Shown here piece after piece: positions 22,321 to 22,911 of a stretch of DNA of 22,911 nucleotides; within the stretch, counting starts at the first letter, position 1, and every line of letters begins with the position of its first letter. The stretch is from a virus (lineage: Duplodnaviria > Heunggongvirae > Uroviricota > Caudoviricetes). The notes under the pieces were generated by a model. It searched no databases. It worked only from the letters and a program-made list of their open reading frames with translations, and was not told the DNA's origin. The stretch lies in IMG/VR virus record IMGVR_UViG_2541047860_000001; one strand, given 5' to 3'. Position numbers and translations under genes: made by a program.

Positions 22321-22410
22321 ATGAATAACCCCGTCTGTCTTGATGACTGGTTGATTGGCTTTAAAAGCTTATGCTGTACTTTGGCCGTAATAGCTCTGCT
22401 AATAATATAA
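22321..22410 (+). CDS. Candidate small hydrophobic peptide (29 aa, [29 protein letters not shown])
   Basis: Seen: GGAGAG 6 nt before the ATG; C-terminal hydrophobic stretch long enough for a TM helix; a terminator follows at 22560-22595. Expression is unverified. Confidence 0.4.
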
Positions 22411-22556
22411 TAAGCAGACTCATTGTGTTTAGGGACATTGTACTGGAAGAAAACATTTTAAACATCAGGCAAATAACCAAGTCACCAGCTAAATAATAAG
22501 TTAACAGACATGAGTCCCGGGATGAGATTCAACATTACCATTGCCCCATTTAAAGC

Positions 22557-22595
22557 ACAAAACCCGCTCATCAGCGGGTTTTCTACTTTTTCTTA
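22557..22595 (+). terminator. Intrinsic terminator (AAACCCGCU-CAUC-AGCGGGUUU followed by UUCUACUUUUUCUU); a hairpin with a weaker U-tract also forms on the minus strand
   Basis: Seen: 9-bp stem at 22560-22581 and a T-rich tract 22582-22595. Confidence 0.65.
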
Positions 22596-22627
22596 ACGTC
22601 GGGTATACAAAGCCCATCGTTGAAAAA

Positions 22628-22656
22628 ATTTTATCCATATTTTTTGAAAAATGCAA
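22628..22656 (-). promoter_or_regulatory. Candidate sigma70 promoter on the minus strand (-35 TTGCAT, 17-bp spacer, -10 TAAAAT) pointing at the hairpin and the lysis genes; possible late promoter (pR'-like)
   Basis: Seen: hexamers at 22651-22656 and 22628-22633. Inference: its position upstream of the lysis module fits a Q-dependent late promoter with a short terminated leader. Confidence 0.4.
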
Positions 22657-22700
22657 ACATCATGTCGCCATCTTCAGCAAAAATCATTTATCTCGTCACC

Positions 22701-22911
22701 GGTGATGCTGCCAACTTACTGATTTAGTGTATGATGGTGTTTTTGAGGTGCTCCAGTGGCTTCTGTTTCTATCAGCTGTCCCTCCTGTTCAGCTACTGAC
22801 GGGGTGGTGCGTAACGGCAAAAGCACCGCCGGACATCAGCGCTATCTCTGCTCTCACTGCCGTAAAACATGGCAACTGCAGTTCACTTACACCGCTTCTC
22901 AACCCGGTACG
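22701..22911 (+). mobile_element. IS1 insertion sequence, left end (IRL from 22701), continuing beyond the window
   Basis: Seen: GGTGATGCTGCCAACTTACTGATTTAGTGTATGATGGTGTTTTTGAGGTGCTCCAGTGGCTTCTGTTTC is the IS1 left terminus as I recall it. Confidence 0.9.
22756..22911 (+). CDS. insA: IS1 InsA (transposition repressor), 5' part; GTG start
   Basis: Seen: GTG at 22756 then [51 protein letters not shown], a zinc-finger N-terminus identical to IS1 InsA. Confidence 0.9.
   Translation, partial: MASVSISCPSCSATDGVVRNGKSTAGHQRYLCSHCRKTWQLQFTYTASQPGT

Noticed and set aside
22657-22700. Possible 3' end of a Q antiterminator gene running into IS1
   Set aside because: Only one frame is open for 8 codons across the junction, which is expected by chance; kept as context for the IS1 finding, not called as a gene.

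Overview
The window is a lambdoid prophage read on its reverse strand. Positions 1-16564 carry the complete lambda-type virion morphogenesis module on the minus strand, collinear with phage lambda and with no insertions: Nu1, A, W, B, C/Nu3, D, E, FI, FII, Z, U, V, G/G-T, H, M, L, K, I and the 5' part of J, which runs off the window start. The cos site (cosN at about 16742-16753) lies inside the window with phage DNA on both sides, so this is the integrated or circular form. Right of cos (16.8-22.7 kb) the sequence becomes visibly AT-rich and carries an accessory and lysis region whose gene order matches what I recall of the E. coli K-12 Qin prophage: ynfO-like and ydfO-like (+), gnsB-like and a small ORF (-), cspI (-), then a phage-21-type lysis cassette on the minus strand (pinholin, a DUF1327-type gene, SAR endolysin, Rz with embedded Rz1), a small zinc-ribbon ORF (+), cspB (-) and cspF (+). 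The last 211 bp are the left end of an IS1 element. I did not find a large new multi-gene system; no ATPase, nuclease or other defence-sized ORF is present. The most interesting material is a set of small, uncharacterised genes and regulatory signals in the accessory region. All identifications rest on reading the translations and motifs against remembered sequences; no database search was run.
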